Notes under the pieces: model-generated
Databases searched by the model: none
The model's input: the letters and a program-made list of their open reading frames with translations, nothing else
What the model was told of the DNA's origin: nothing
Shown: positions 36,630 to 51,138 of the stretch, one piece after another
Layout: each line of letters opens with the position of its first letter
Position numbering within the stretch: the stretch's first letter is position 1
Source: Eledone cirrhosa
Taxonomy: Eukaryota
DNA length: 64,000 nt
Direction: 5' to 3'
NCBI GenBank assembly: GCA_964016885.1
Contig: OZ024744.1
Location: 9,858,001-9,922,000, forward strand
Program-made: the position numbers and the translations under genes

Positions 36630-37460
36630 CTCCACAAAGTTCAGTGAAGAGCAGCAGAATTCAAAGAGCAAAGATTGTGCCCAGTCCATGAATTGACATT
36701 GTCAATCTATTGTTTTTGCTGCCGGCCTCTGCTTCTCTTACCAGCCAACCCTCCTTCCAGGAATATATAATACCTTTCGATCACCAACAGCAGAGTTTAA
36801 AGAGCAAAGATCAAGTCCAGTCCATAAGTTGACATTATCAAGCCATTGTTTTGGCTGCCGGCCTCTGCTTCTTTTACCAGCTAACCTTCCTTCCAGGAAT
36901 ATATAATACCTTTCGATCACCAACAGCAGAGTTTAAAGAGCAAAGATCAAGTCCAGTCCATAAGTTAACATTATCAAGCCATTGTTTTGGCTGCCGGCCT
37001 CTGCTTCTCTTACCAGCCAACCTTCCTTCCAGGAATATATAATACCTTTCGATCACCAACAGCAGAGTTTAAAGAGCAAAGATCAAGTCCAGTCCATAAG
37101 TTGACATTATCAAGCCATTGTTTTGGCTGCCGGCCTCTGCTTCTCTTACCAGCCAACCATCCTTCCACGAGTTGATCTTTTTATATGACCGTATAGTTTA
37201 AGTAATCTTGACTTGACAATGGATGTAGTTGGTCTAAGTTTGGTAATGTTGAGCAACTCACTGATACAGATACGGTCGCTGAGCCACTTGCCAATCATAA
37301 GTCTCATGATGTGGTTCTGGAATATAGAGAGCTTCTGAAGTGACCTTGTCGTCCAGTTAACACAGTCAAGACCATATAACACAACTGGTAGGATGTATGT
37401 ATCAAAGATCTTAGCCTTCAAATGGTAGGAAACTCGTTTGATGTTAGTATTTCCTTGTTC
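36630..37460 (-). mobile_element. 3' fragment of a different LINE family with a 136-bp coding segment repeated about 3.5 times
   Basis: LPVVLYGLDC...LKLYGHIKR, then repeats of EGRLAGKRSRGRQPKQWLDNV at 136-bp period (36738, 36874, 37010, 37146). Confidence 0.8.
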
Positions 37461-37896
37461 TTGTTGATACAAGTTACCTCAAACCTATGATCAAAGGTAT
37501 GCCAGCTATCATATGATTTACTAACTGATGTACCTGGCTTCACCTGGGAGAACAGTTAAGAGAGAGACAGGTAAAAGAGAAAACAACTGTATTGGATGTT
37601 TTGTCTAGCATGAGACCATAATGTGTGTGTGAGAGATAAAAAAACAATCGTAAAACTTCCTTCTTAGGCTGGGGGAGTAAACTACCGATTAAATGGTAGC
37701 ATTGGCCTCAAACCTATGATCAAAGGCATGCCAGCTATCATATATACTAGCTGAGGTACCCGGCTTCGTCCAGGAGAATATTTAAGAGAGAGACAGATAA
37801 AAGAGAAAACAACTGTATTGGATGTGTTGTCTGGTATGAGGTGAGACCATAATGTGAGAGAGAGAGACATAAAAAAAACAATCCTAAAACTTCCTT

Positions 37897-39765
37897 ATCA
37901 TCATCATCATCATCATCATTTTACGTCCGCTTTTCCCTGCTTGCAAGGGTGGGACGGGTCTTATTCAGCACAGCATCTCTCCACTCGTCACAGTCCCTCG
38001 TCATCTCCACTGTGAGCTTCAATGATCTGAGGTCTGTTCTCACCACCTCCACCCATGTTTTTTGTGGTCTACCTCTACCACGTCTTCCTTCAACTGGCAT
38101 TTCCTGGCACTTCTTCACCCATCGGTCATCCTCCATGCGCATCACATGTCCATACCACCTCAGTCTCCTCTCCCGTACACTACATTCTATCCCTCTCAGA
38201 CACAGTTTCTCTCTCAACACATTTATGCTGGGTCGTTCACGCACATTTAGACTGCACATCCAACGGAGCATGCTTGCCTCATTTCTCTCCAGCCGTCGCA
38301 TATCCTCTGCAGTTACTGCCCATGTCTCGCTACCATGCAGCATCGCGCTCCTCACACAGGCATCATACAATCGGCCTTTCGTACGCAGGGAGAAACCCTT
38401 CTTCGTCAACAGAGGAAGCAGCTCCCTAACTTCTTCCAACCCGTCCTTATTCTAGATACTATGGCCTCGGAAAACCCTCCTCCCATGCTAATCTGATCTC
38501 CTAGGTACCGGAAGCTATTCACCACTTCTATAGCGCCCTCTTGCATTTGAAAAATGTGTCTATCAGTGCGACTTCTACTGTCTAATTTCCTTGTACATCT
38601 ACTGCATACATATTTCTCCCTACCTGTTAGTTTGCCTGCTATCCCGCTACATCTCTTGTGTACCCAGAATCTGCATTGTGTGCATTTTATAGAATTTATG
38701 CCAGTTCCTTTTCTGCATATCGAACATGGCCATTTCCCTGACGGAATCAGGGTTTTGTCCTCTTTTCTACTCATCAACACTTTTGTCTTAGCTAGATTCA
38801 CTCTCAGTCCTCTTGCTTCCAACTGCTGTTTCCATAGCCAGAATTTATTCTCTAGCTCCTCTACTGATTCTGCTATAAGAACCAGATCGTCAGCATAGAG
38901 AAGTTCCCATGGACAGCCAGTCTTAAACTCCTCTGTTATGGCTTGGAGGACTATAATGAACAAGAGCGGGCTGAGGACCGAACCCTGATGTACTCCTACT
39001 TTTATCTGGAATTCCTCACTAAACTCCATTCCTACCCTGACTTTACTGAGAGTACCTCTGTACAAAGTTTGCACTGTCCTCGCAAGCCATTCCTCAACAC
39101 CTAGCTTCCTTAGGGAACACCAGATGACAGATCGGGGTACCCTATCAAAGGCCTTCTCTAGGTCAACAAAGGCTAAGTATAGTGGCTTATTCTTCTCTAA
39201 GAACCTCTCTTGCATTTGTCTCACCAAGAAGAGGGCATCTGTTGTACTCTTCCCAGGCACAAAACCAAACTGCATCTCATCTAGTTTGACCCTTTCTCTA
39301 ATTAGTTGTGCTAAAATCCTTTCTGCCACTTTCATAACCTGATCTATCAGTTTTATACCCCTATAATTGCTCCTCTCCAAAGCATCCCCTTTACCTTTGT
39401 AGCAATTTATGAGAATACTGCTGCACCAGTCTTTGGGTATGACACCACCATATATAGCCTGATTGATGATGCGTGCAACCAGTTTAGTGCCTACGTCCCC
39501 TGATGCCTTCAGCATCTCAGCAACTATTTCCGATGGTCCGGCCGCCTTACCATTTTTCATTTCCCTAACCGCCTCTTGGACCCTATATTTGTCAATCTCA
39601 ATAGCTGGTCCCTCTGTCGGATCTACCAAGGGTAATTTCTCTCTCTCCCATTTGTTCTCCACATTCATCAGTCTCTCATAATGACATTTCCAGGCCTCCT
39701 TTTTCTGATCATTCGTGACACTAAGTACACCGGCATCATCCCGGACACATTTATCTCCAACAACG
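37897..39765 (-). mobile_element. RTE LINE subfamily C, 5'-truncated, one frameshift
   Basis: ORFs 38406-39668 (full RT, YADD) and 37921-38439; (TGA)n tail. Confidence 0.93.
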
Positions 39766-40520
39766 CTAAAAAGCTTTCTCCGATATTGTATTTATTTATT
39801 TACTCTTGGTGCAACAGATTTGAAATTCCCGGTATAAGGTTAGGCTTTCTTTGTTTATTTTTTTATATATGAATATTGATTGTTCCTGATATCTCATTCT
39901 GTTATTTTACCCGAGAAAATATCTGTGTGTGTCATCAAATGTACACACATAGATATTTTTTCAATTTCCAATTGAGTTTTTAACAAGTGGCCTGAATTCC
40001 TTTTACAATTCATTATCATGTGCATGTATTGTTTTTTTTTGCGGTAATTTACTTCCTCATTTTTGAATCAGTTTGAGCATTTCTTTAGAACTGCTGGACT
40101 GGCAACCTGACAGATACCTCAGGTACAGATGATGATTATCGCTAAATGCTGATGTTGGTTAGATTATCAATATTAGTATTATTGGGGCACCCACTGATGA
40201 ATTATAGGAGCCCACTTGAATATTATCTGTTGATCCTATACAAGCTCCTACATAAATTGGTATAATTTCACCCAAATTGTAGGAATCCTATAATGAAACG
40301 AGACGTCCGTCTGGGAAGAGATATATTCGATATGTCTCATATGAAATAATACAGCCAATTTTCCACGCAATACATTTAGTTAGCACCCCGAACGCATAAT
40401 TAGGAATATACTCACTTATTTCCTAATGTTTGTTGAGTGAGTTGGAATTTGGCCGAAGTATTGCTAAAAAGCTTTCTCCGATATTGTATTTATATATATA
40501 TATACATATATATATATATA

Positions 40521-41105
40521 CTAGCAGTTTAGCTTGGCATTGCTCGGGTTTGTTCATTTGCTATGAAAAGTTACATACAGGTAAACGTGGCTTGAAAGCG
40601 AATAAGTTTATCAATTAAGTGCCCAAAGGAGTTGAACTAGTTATTAAAAGTTATGAACCAATTAGCATTTTGGACAATCAATGATGGGTTAATAATCTTC
40701 CAATAGCGAATTTAGCAGACCAAAGTTGCAAGATGGTAGCCCTGATGCCGCTGGGTGTCAGATCTGTCCGCCATGGGTGACCCTACCAGGAAATAGTTTT
40801 CCAGACGGCGTAGCTCCAACACCTCCAACACCTGCACCAACATCTATAGCACCTCTTTGTAGACGATATTGCCTGTCATCCCTTGAGGAGTGTAAGCAAA
40901 AAGTCCATTCCTGCTCCCTACGCGGGAACAGTCAACATAAAGTTGGCCATGGGAGAAGCACAGCTCTCCCAAATGGATGCCCGCCACTGACAATGTTTGC
41001 CCTTGTGACTTGTTAATGGACATGGCAAAACATGGTCTCACCGGGAATTGCGATCGCCGTAAATCGAACGGGATATCTGACGCCGAGGGGAAAAGGTTCA
41101 TCCTT
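40521..41105 (-). mobile_element. Helitron 3' remnant with the PIF1-type helicase C-terminus
   Basis: QFPVRPCFAMSINKSQGQTL...FSHGQLYV.CSRV...NIVYKEVL*; terminus CCCGAGCAATGCCAAGCTAAACTGCTAG. Confidence 0.88.
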
Positions 41106-41419
41106 GGCAGTGTATTCGGCAGAATTGCCAGAAGTACAACACTATGGGTGTCGTCATATTAATATTTAACCAATGAAAGTTGTAAAAAATAAATAATTTA
41201 AACATTCCGTTTCATATGTCTATAGCATTAATCTGTTATATGAAATGTTATTTTGCAACACAGTCTCTCTTCAATTTCTGTGTATATTGTCAATTACGAT
41301 ATTATTTGACGTATCATATCTACATGCATGTATATTTGCATATAATATCAATATGCACACTACACATGCTAGCAGAAAAACCTCCTTTCGGTGGTTTTTC
41401 TGCTAGATATAGTACTTAC

Positions 41420-42410
41420 CATCGTCATCGTTGTTGATTAACATCTATCTTCCACGCTAGCATGGGTTATACGGGTTTGTCCCAATTACTGGCAAGTTAG
41501 ATCGGGTGACTCGTTCATGTAGGTGAGTTTCTGGCTGGTTTTCTACAGCTGGATGCCCTTCATAATGCCAACCACGTTGACAGTGTATGCTGGGTACTTT
41601 TTGTCATGACACCTACTTGACCACTTTACAGTGTGGACTGGTTTTCTACAGCTGGATGCCCTTCCTAACGTCAACCACGTTAACAGTGTGTGCTGGGTGC
41701 TTTTTGTCATGACACCTACTTGACCACTTTACAGTGTGGACTGGTTTTCTACAGCTGGATGCCCTTCCTAACGTCAACCACGTTAACAGTGTGTGCTGGG
41801 TGCTTTTTGTCATGACACCTACTTGACCACTTTACAGTGTGGACTGGTTTTCTACAGCTGGATGCCCTTCCTAACGTCAACCACGTTAACAGTGTGTGCT
41901 GGGTGCTTTTTGTCATGACACCTACTTGACCACTTTACAGTGTGGACTGGTTTTCTACAGCTGGATGCCCTTCCTAACGTCAACCACGTTAACAGTGTGT
42001 GCTGGGTGCTTTTTGTCATGACACCTACTTGACCACTTTACAGTGTGGACTGGTTTTCTACAGCTGGATGCCCTTCCTAACGTCAACCACGTTAACAGTG
42101 TGTGCTGGGTGCTTTTTGTCATGACACCTACACGACCACTTTACAGTGTGGGCTGGATGTAGTTTACAGTGTGGACTGGGCACCTTTGTTGTGTCACTGA
42201 CACAACACAGTGGGTTTGGGCACCTTTTCTTTGGGACTCGGGAGGGTGGAGGGGCTTGGGGGAAAAAGACATGGTCAGAGTAGTAGGGAGGTATGGTTAT
42301 CGCTAAGGGAGGTGGATGAGAAGGGTAGCAGGTTGAGGAAGGTGTTGCCTACTAGGTATAAACCTTATCCCGAGAATAATACAGGGTGGGTCTTTCGTAA
42401 AGCTGCCCCC
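41420..42410 (-). mobile_element. RTE-type 3' UTR containing a 103-bp tandem repeat (about 6 units, 41535-42150)
   Basis: CTGGTTTTCTACAGCTGGATGCCC recurs at 41638, 41741, 41844 and onward; RTE-type tail at the left end. Confidence 0.8.
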
Positions 42411-42763
42411 ACCCTCTCTCTCTCTATATATATATATATGATGGTGATGATGATGATGATGTATCTGTGTGTGTGTACATATATATACATACAGTATAGA
42501 TACATCTTTCATTATATTCTACAATGTATTAATTTGGTTTTCTCATCATATATTAAACCTTTGATCTTTTTTCTATAGCCTTAGATGTTTGCTCAAACCT
42601 TTGTAGATTTTGTAAACAAATTATGATGTCATGTTTTTCTACGTTTATAAATCTTTCTAGCAATTTCCTTTATTTACTTGTTGATATAAAATAAAAATTA
42701 AATAGTATACCCCACATATATAGATTTTTACTAGAAATAATTTATTTTGACATAGATAGACTA

Positions 42764-43155
42764 TCATCATCATCATCATCATCATCACCGTTTTACGTCC
42801 GTTCTTCCACGCTAGTATGGGTTAGACGGATTGTCCTGTTGTTGGCAGTGTCCGGTCAGTTGACCTTGTCTTGCTCATACAGGAACTGATTCTGGCTTGA
42901 TTTCTACAGCTGGATGCCCTTCATAACACCAACCTCATTTACAGTGAGTGCTGGGTGCTTTTTAGCCGTGGCACCTCCACGACCACTTTGCAGTGGAATG
43001 ATATGGACCCCAGTCCTATCATCTCATTTCTACAGCTGAGTAAACTGGAGCAATGTGAAATAAAGTGTCTTTCTCAAGGAAACAACACATCACCTGGTCC
43101 GAGAATTGAACTCACAACCTTTTGATTGCAAGGCCAATTTTCTAACCACTAAGCC
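42764..43155 (-). mobile_element. CORE-SINE with a B-type RTE tail
   Basis: A/B boxes, CORE domain and (CAT)n on the plus strand. Confidence 0.85.
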
Positions 43156-43263
43156 TTTACTATTTTTATTTTATTTTATAAAAATCTTTTTTTATATTTA
43201 TTTTATTTTATTTTATTTTATTAATACATTTTTACACTTCTTAATCCAATTTTTAGTATTTAA

Positions 43264-44323
43264 CCCTTTAGCATTCGCATTAATTTTCAAACGTCATGCT
43301 TATCTGTTCACATTATTTTGAGTTAATCATACTCAAGAGGGTTATCAATTTTATTTGTTTGTAATTTTCTTAATTTTCTATGTGCAGGCTTGAAATTTTG
43401 TCAGTATATGTTTAAATAATTTACAAATATATAATTTTACCTGATTTTTTGGGTCAAATTTGACTTTTATGGGCAGGTGAAATTAATTAATGGGGGCATT
43501 TGAAGTATCAACCAGGTGCAAATACTGGTTTAATTTTAAATACGTTGTTTTCGGCATAATACTTGATATATAAGAATCACTAAACCTTATATCAGTGTTC
43601 CAGTAATTCAACAGTCTTGGAAATTGTTTTATACCGAACATAATATTTACGGTAAAAAATGCTTGCATTTCCGCAGGATCTGTCGGTCGTCAAACAGATC
43701 GGGTTTTCCTTGATTTGAAATCTGTTGTTGGGCATATCGATTAATCTTTTCTGCCACAACTTCGAAGAAAGTTTGTGGTAAAAACAAAAAGAAATAATCC
43801 AGTTCTTTATCATCGGGAGCTAATGTGTTGTGGACCAGTATCTTGAATAAAATCGGGAACATATATTGGTGTGGTATTTTTCAACCACGTTCCTGTAATA
43901 TTTTCAATGGCGCCCTGGAGACATCCTTCGTTTTCACTTTCAAAACAATCATCGTCGGACGAAATTTCAGAAATATAAACATCTGATTCATTTGAAGATA
44001 AATCACTAATATTATCTTTTGTTTCTTGTTTATTCTGAATGTCGTCGTGTGTAAAACCTTCAAAGTCGGTATCGCTACTTTCACAAGCCATGTTGATACA
44101 AAAAAAAAATCTGTTCTACTTTCAAAGTTAAAAAAACACTTGTTGTTCCACTATATTAAGTGTTAATTTTCGCGGTAAGGGCCTAATCTCGAATTGATGA
44201 GATTTTGATGATGGTTTGTTTATTTTTAGAACGATTTCTTAGTGTGGGTTTATTCTCGGGCGATTTCGGGCGGTTTGAACAAATGAAGGGGAAACAATTT
44301 CGGGCGATTTCAACACTAAAGGG
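43264..44323 (-). mobile_element. Internally deleted piggyBac with an N-terminal transposase remnant
   Basis: TTAA|CCCTTTAG...CTAAAGGG|TTAA; acidic N-terminus followed by DYFFLFL...INRYA and MFGI...NYWNTD...YLHL motifs (44091-43483). Confidence 0.85.
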
Positions 44324-44784
44324 TTAAACCCAATATAAAATAATATACCCAGTTTCTATATTTAGGCCTCTAATATTTGAATACCGTCTATAATATTCGC
44401 ACATACACCTCATCAATTTACTTTTTAACCGTTTTTTACAGCTGTTTTCATTTTGACAGTGTTCCTGATCAAAAGTCTCTCTCTCTCTCTCCCTTTTTTC
44501 TTCTTTTTATCTCTTCTCTTTCCTTTTCCTTTTTCTCCTCTTCTTAGCTTTCTCCTATTTTCCTATCTATTTCTGACATATGTTGACTTAGCACTTTCCT
44601 TTAAACAAGTGCTATTATGCCTCGTATCATGTTACCTTATTTTATCTGATGAGAACAGAATTTTTGTCCCAGGATGATTTTGTATTCGAAATGCAAATAA
44701 TAAAATATATGGAACTCTTTTAACCATCTTTTAATTTCTTCTTTATTAGATACATATATATATATATAACAAGAATATGAAAAC

Positions 44785-46658
44785 ATAACATCTCAGAGTT
44801 GCCACACTTAATGTTGGCACTCTCACAGGGAGATCTGGTGAAATAGTGGAGATGCTGGAGAGAAGGCATGTGGATGTGTGCTGCGTGCAAGAGATGAGAT
44901 AGAGAGGTGCCTCTGCAAGACTAATTGCAGGCAAACATCGTAGTTATAAGCTTTTCTGAGTGGATAATGATGATGGGTTAGGTGGGGTGGGCATTTTACT
45001 GGCTGAGAGATGGATCAATAAAACAATAGAGGTAGTTCGAGTTAGTAATAGAATAATTAAGCTTAGGTTAGTTGTAGGCAAGAGACTACTGACAATCATC
45101 TCTGCCTATGCTCTCCAAGCAGGCCTAGGTAAAGAAGAGACAGACTGCTTTTACGAGCAACTTTTACAAACCGCCTCAATGACTGAGGACAGAGACATCG
45201 TTATGCTAGCAGGTGACTTCAATGGTCATGTTGGACAGCTCCAGGATGGATACACTGGGGTACATGGTAGGCACGGTTATGGCTCAAGAAATGAAGGAGT
45301 GAGACTTCTTGAATTTTGTGATGCAAGTGCACTAACCATTTGCAACACTAACTTCCAGAAACCTGCCAACCACCTAATAACCTACAAATCAGGCGAGCAC
45401 ATAAGCCAGATTGACTTCTTACTAGTTAGGCAGCGGGACAGACAGATGGTGTCAAATACTAAGGTATAGGTTAGTCGCTAGTGATATCTCAGTAAACAAG
45501 AGACAGAATGAGACACACAGGAAGGTGTGGAGAAGAAAGGTCTGGAAGCTAAAAGACCTTTCACTAAAATATAAATTTAGGAAAGTCCTTCAAGATGTGT
45601 ATGACGAAAAAGAAGACGATTTAGAGTCATATGATATAGATGATAACTGGAATTTCTTATGTGACAACTTACTGCAGGCTACTGATGAAACTTGTGGCTG
45701 GAGCAGAGCTCCAACCAGACAGAGAGTGACCTGGTGGTGGAACAGCACAGTAGATAAGGCCATTAGAGACAAAAGACTATCATGGAAGGCTTGGAAAAAG
45801 GGTGGGAGTAGAGAAGGATATACAGTCGCTAAGAGAGAAGCTAGACGTCAGGTGTACTTAGCACGCAGGGAGGCTGAGAGTAGGAGGTTTGCCAATGTAC
45901 ACAATACAGATCTTGGCTTCACAAAAGATGTAGTGGGATAGCAGGCAAACTAACAGGTAGGGAGAAATACGTATGCAGTAGATGTACAGGGAAAGTTGCA
46001 GTAGTAATCGCAGTGATAGACACATTTTTCCAATGCAGGTGGGTGCTATAGAAGTGGTGGATAGCTTCCGGCACCTAGGAGATCAGATTAGCAAGGGAGG
46101 AGGGTGCTCCGAGGCCATAGTATCTAGAATAAGGGCGGGTTGGAAGAGGTTTAGGGAGCTGCTCCCTCTGTTGACAAAGAGGGGTTTCTCCTTGCGTACG
46201 AAAGGCCGATTATATGATGCCTGTGTGAGATGCGCGATGCTGCATGGTAGTGAGACATGGGCAGCAACTGCAGAGGATATGCGACGGCTTGAGAGAAATG
46301 AAGCAAATATGTTCCGTTGGATATGCAATGTCAATGTACGTGAACGACCAAGCATAGATGAGTTGAGAGAGAAACTGTGTATAAGAGGGGTAAGTTGTAG
46401 TGTGTGGGAGAGAAGACTGAGATGGTATGGACATGTGATGTGCATGGAGGATGACCACTGGGTAAAGAAGCGCCAAGAAATCTCAGTAGAAGGAAGACCA
46501 AGAAAAACATGGGCGGAGGTGGTGAGAGTAGACCTCAGATCGCTTAAACTGAAGGAGGAGATGACAAAGGACCATGACAAGTGGAGAGATGCTGTGCTGA
46601 ATAGGACCTGTCCCACCGTTGCAAGCAGGGAAAAGTGGACATGAAATGATGATGATGA
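44785..46658 (+). mobile_element. RTE subfamily C copy with the endonuclease present and the RT core deleted (junction about 45900)
   Basis: LRVATLNVGTL, DVCCVQE, GDFNGHVG and VTWWWN motifs, then a jump to the C-terminal region ending ...ASREKWT* (TGA)n. Confidence 0.88.
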
Positions 46659-46708
46659 TATATGAATGCGTGTGTGTGTATCTATATATCTGAAGATGTA
46701 TGTGTATG

Positions 46709-47765
46709 CATCATCATCATCATCATTTTACGTCCCTTTTCCCTGCTTACAAGGGTGGGACGGTTCCTATTCAGTACAACGTCTCTCCACTTGACACGGT
46801 CCTTCGTCATCTCCCCCGTGAGTTTCAGTGATCTGAGGTCTACTCTCACCACCTCCGCCCATGTTTTTGTGGTCTACTTCTACCACGTCTTCCTTCAACT
46901 GGCATTTCTTGGCACCCAGTGGTCATCCTCCATGCGCATCACATGTCCATACCATCACAGTCTCCTCTCCCGCACGCTACAATTTATCCCTCTCAAACAC
47001 AGTTTCTCTCTCAACACATTCATGCTGGGTCGTTCACGCACATTGACATTGCATATCCATCGGAGCATGCTTGCCTCATTTCTCTTCAGCCGTCGCTTAT
47101 CCTCTGCAGTTGCTGCCCATGTCTCACTACCATGCAACATCGCGCATCTCACACAGGCATCATATAACCAGGACTTTCGTAGAAACCCTTCTTTGTCAAC
47201 AGAGGAAGCAGCTCCCTAAACTTCTTCCAACCCGTCCTTATTCTAGATACTATGGCCTCGGAACACCCTCCTCCCATGCTAATCTGATCTCCTAGGTACC
47301 GGAAGCTATCAACCACTTCTATAGAACCCACCTGCATTTGAAAAATGTGTCTATCAATGCGACTTCTACTGTCTAATTTCCCTGTACATCTATTGCATAC
47401 ATATTTCTCCCTACCTGTTAGTTTGCCTGCTATCCCACTACATCTCTTGTGTACCCAGGATCTGCATTGTGTACATTCTATAGAATTTATCCCAACTCTG
47501 TTTCTACATATCGAACATGGCAATTTCCCTGATGGAATCAGAGTCTTCTCCTCTTTTCTACTTATCAGCACTTTTGTTTAAGCTATGTTCACTCTCAGTC
47601 CTCTTGATTCCAACTGCTGTTTCCATAGCCAGAATGTATTCTCTAGTTCTTCTACTGATTCTGCTATAAGAACCAGATCGTCAGCATAGAAACCACCTGC
47701 ATTTGAAAAATGTGTCTATCACTGCGACTACGACTGTCAAATTTCCCTGAACATCTACTGCAAAC
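46709..47765 (-). mobile_element. RTE subfamily C 3' fragment, tail-to-tail with the previous copy
   Basis: ORFs 47149-47571 and 46955-47152. Confidence 0.88.
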
Positions 47766-49204
47766 GTAGTGTATGTATGTGTGTGCTTTTTTACACTGAC
47801 TGCAACCATTCAAAAGGTTTAAGCCAGATATATTAATCTATATATATAATACTATTTTATCATGTATATATTTCATCTTCTGGACAATTTAATTAACTTT
47901 CATGTCGTCTTTTGTATATGTATGACAATAGTAAAAATATATAAAAAGCTCAATTGCTTTCTTCCTAACAAATCCTATTATTCTCTCAGCTCCATGTTAA
48001 TCTAAAGAAGTCTATTTTCCAATATTTTTTTCTTTTTCTTTAAATAATGATGTTCTTTATAACTATCTTTGCTCTATTTTATTCTAAGTAAATATGACAA
48101 GCTTAGTTTTTTAATACACATTCAGGCTACTTCAATATATGTATGTGTATATGCGTGTATATATATATGTGTGTATATATGTATGTGTATATATATATAC
48201 ATACATTCTTTTCTCACTTACACTCGCTGCAACTACATAGTCAATCCTATTCTCTCTGTCTCTCTCTCTCTATATATATATACATGCATATATGTTAATT
48301 GACCAGTCCATTAACACAATTGAGATGAATATTCATCATCATCGTTTAACGTCCATCTTCCATACTAGCATGGATTAGGGGGGAATTGTCCCATTTGAGG
48401 CAAGATTGGTCAGGTGGCTGTATCTGGCATGTTTTCTATGCTGGATGCCCTTCCTAACACCAACCACATTTACAGTGTGGAATGGGAGCCTTTTTACCAT
48501 GTCACCTACATGACCACTTTACAGCGTGGACTGGGTGCTTTTTTTGTTGTGACACTTACACTACCTCTTTAGTTTGGACTGGATGTGTGTCCTTAAAAAC
48601 AATTTTGTTCTATATGTAAAAACACACCTACCAACACTGCTGCTGCTATTACCATGACTATGCCCTGGTGGCAAATAAAAAGAAAGTTATATATATATAT
48701 ATATACAAGAGTTCATTTTCCAGTCTCCTCAACAAGGAAGATGAAAAAGACTTGCCTCTTTATTTTAAATCTTTAATTTTTAATTCTTATTAATTCTTTT
48801 TAATTGTAATACTCAATATTTGATAAGATGAATTTTACTAATCAATCAAAATCCGTAATACTTTATATACATTATCATCATCATCTTCGTTTAACGTCCA
48901 TCTTCCACACTAGCATGGGTTAGAGGGGAGTTGTCCCACTTGAGGCAAGGTTGGTCAGGAGACCTTGTCTCACTCATATAGGACTATCTGGCAGGTTTTC
49001 TACGGCTAGATGCCCTTCCTAACACCAACCACGTTTACAGTATGGACTGGGAACATTTTACCGTGTTACCTACACAGCCACATTACAGCGTGGGCTGTGT
49101 GTTTTTTTGTCATGACACCTACATACATACATATATATATACATCCATATATACATATACACACACATATATATATCTATATACATACATATATATACAC
49201 ATAT

Positions 49205-50386
49205 ATCATCATCATTATCGTTTAACGTCCATCTTCCACGCTAGCATGGGTTAGACGGGAGTTGTCCCACTTGAGGCAAGGTTGGTTGGGTGACCGTGTC
49301 TCGCTCATATAGGACTATCTGGCAGGTTTTCTATGGCTGGATGCCCTTCCTAACACCAACCACATTTACAGTGTGGACTGGGAGCCTTTTTATGGTGTCA
49401 CCTACATGACCACTTTGCAGCGTAGACTGGGTACTTTTTGTTGTGACACCTACATGACCACTTTACAGTGTGGACTGGGAACTTTTTACCATGTTACTTA
49501 CACGGCCACATTACAGCGTGGACTGTGTGTTTTTTGTCGTGACACCTACACGATCTCGATCTCATTATCTCATTTATTTGGACTGGATGTTGTGGTACCA
49601 ACTTTACAGAGAGAGGTTGGTGGGAGTGGGAGGATAGGGTAGGGGTAGTGGATTGGGGTGTATATTTGGTTAAGAGGTGCCTACTGACTGTAGGTTTTGC
49701 TTTGTACATAGGCAAGGTGGGTCTTCTGTATTACTGCATAGTGCCAAAGATCTCGGTCCAGTGACATTGTCTAAGGTCAGAATTTATCAAATCGTCCCAG
49801 GTTTTTCTGGGTCTACCTTCGTAACAACCATCAATTTTGATCGCCCTGCACTTTTTTATACAGCTGTCATCTTTCATTCGCATCACATGACCATACCAAT
49901 GTAATCTTCTCTCGAGTAAACAGCATCTGATCCCTCTTATTCCTAATTTCTCACTTAGTTCATTTATGCTTTGCCGTTCACGTATATTACTATTACACAT
50001 CCAATGGAGCATGCATACTTCGTTCCTTTCCAGTCTGCGCAGGTCCTCTGCACGTAATGCCCAGGTCTCACTGCCATGTAGCATTGCTGTTCGTATACAG
50101 CCATCATACTTTCATTTTTAGAGAGAAACCTTTTGTGGCCAACAGCGGTTTTAGCTCTCTGAACTTTTTCCATCCCGTTCTGACTCTGGCTACTGTACTT
50201 TCAGAGCACCCTCCACCACTGCTGATTTCGTCCCCCAGGTAACGGAAAGTGTCTACTATTTCTATAGAACCTTCTGGGCAATAGAAGGTGCTAGTATCCT
50301 GTGGGCACTTGCTACTTATTGTACCTGAGCATCGGCCACATATAAAGTCTACATTCTTAGATAGTTTACCTGTGATCCCACTACAT
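49205..50386 (-). mobile_element. RTE A-related 3' fragment; further UTR-only pieces at about 48333-48590 and 48874-49125
   Basis: FRYLGD, MLHGSETW and RRLHWYGHV motifs, UTR and tail. Confidence 0.85.
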
Positions 50387-50548
50387 ATATAACACATTAT
50401 AAAATAATAAGTAATAGCTATGTACCTGCTTTTTCTTCAAAGTCCCGACTGTACAGTTTCGCTGGTCAGTTTGCAACAATTGCACATTATAGCGTGCAAT
50501 ATTGTTCCGAGGCACACCAGCTTTTCAAGGAACTCCTCATGGAAATAG

Positions 50549-51138
50549 TATATATATGGTATATATCTCTAGCTGTGTGTGAAAAGTGTGTATATATGGT
50601 ATATATCTCTAGCTGTGTGTGAAAAGTGTGTATATATGGTATATATCTCTAGCTGTGTGTGAAAAGTGTGTATATATGGTATATATCTCTAGCTGTGTGT
50701 GAAAAGTGTGCATATATGGTATATATCTCTAGCTGTGTGTGAAAAGTGTGTATATATGGTATATATCTCTAGCTGTGTGTGAAAAATGTGTATATATGGT
50801 ATATATCTCTAGCTGTGTGTGAAAAATGTGTATATATCGTATATATCTCTAGCTGTGTGTGAAAAGTGTGTATATATCGTATATATCTCTAGCTGTGAGT
50901 GAAAAATGTGTATATATCGTATATATCTCTAGCTGTGTGTGAAAAATGTGTATATATGGTATATATCGTATATATCTCTAGCTGTGAGTGAAAAATGTGT
51001 ATATATCGTATATATCGTATATATCTCTAGCTGTGAGTGAAAAATGTGTATATATCGTATATATCTCTAGCTGTGTGTGAAAAATGTGTATATATCGTAT
51101 ATATCTCTAGCTGTGTGTGAAAAATTTATATATATGGT
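50549..51138. repeat. 40-bp minisatellite (about 14 units)
   Basis: Unit TATATATGGTATATATCTCTAGCTGTGTGTGAAAAGTGTG. Confidence 0.93.

Noticed and set aside
40090-40463. Minus-strand host exons
   Set aside because: Splice-like signals exist, but the phases do not join into an open frame.
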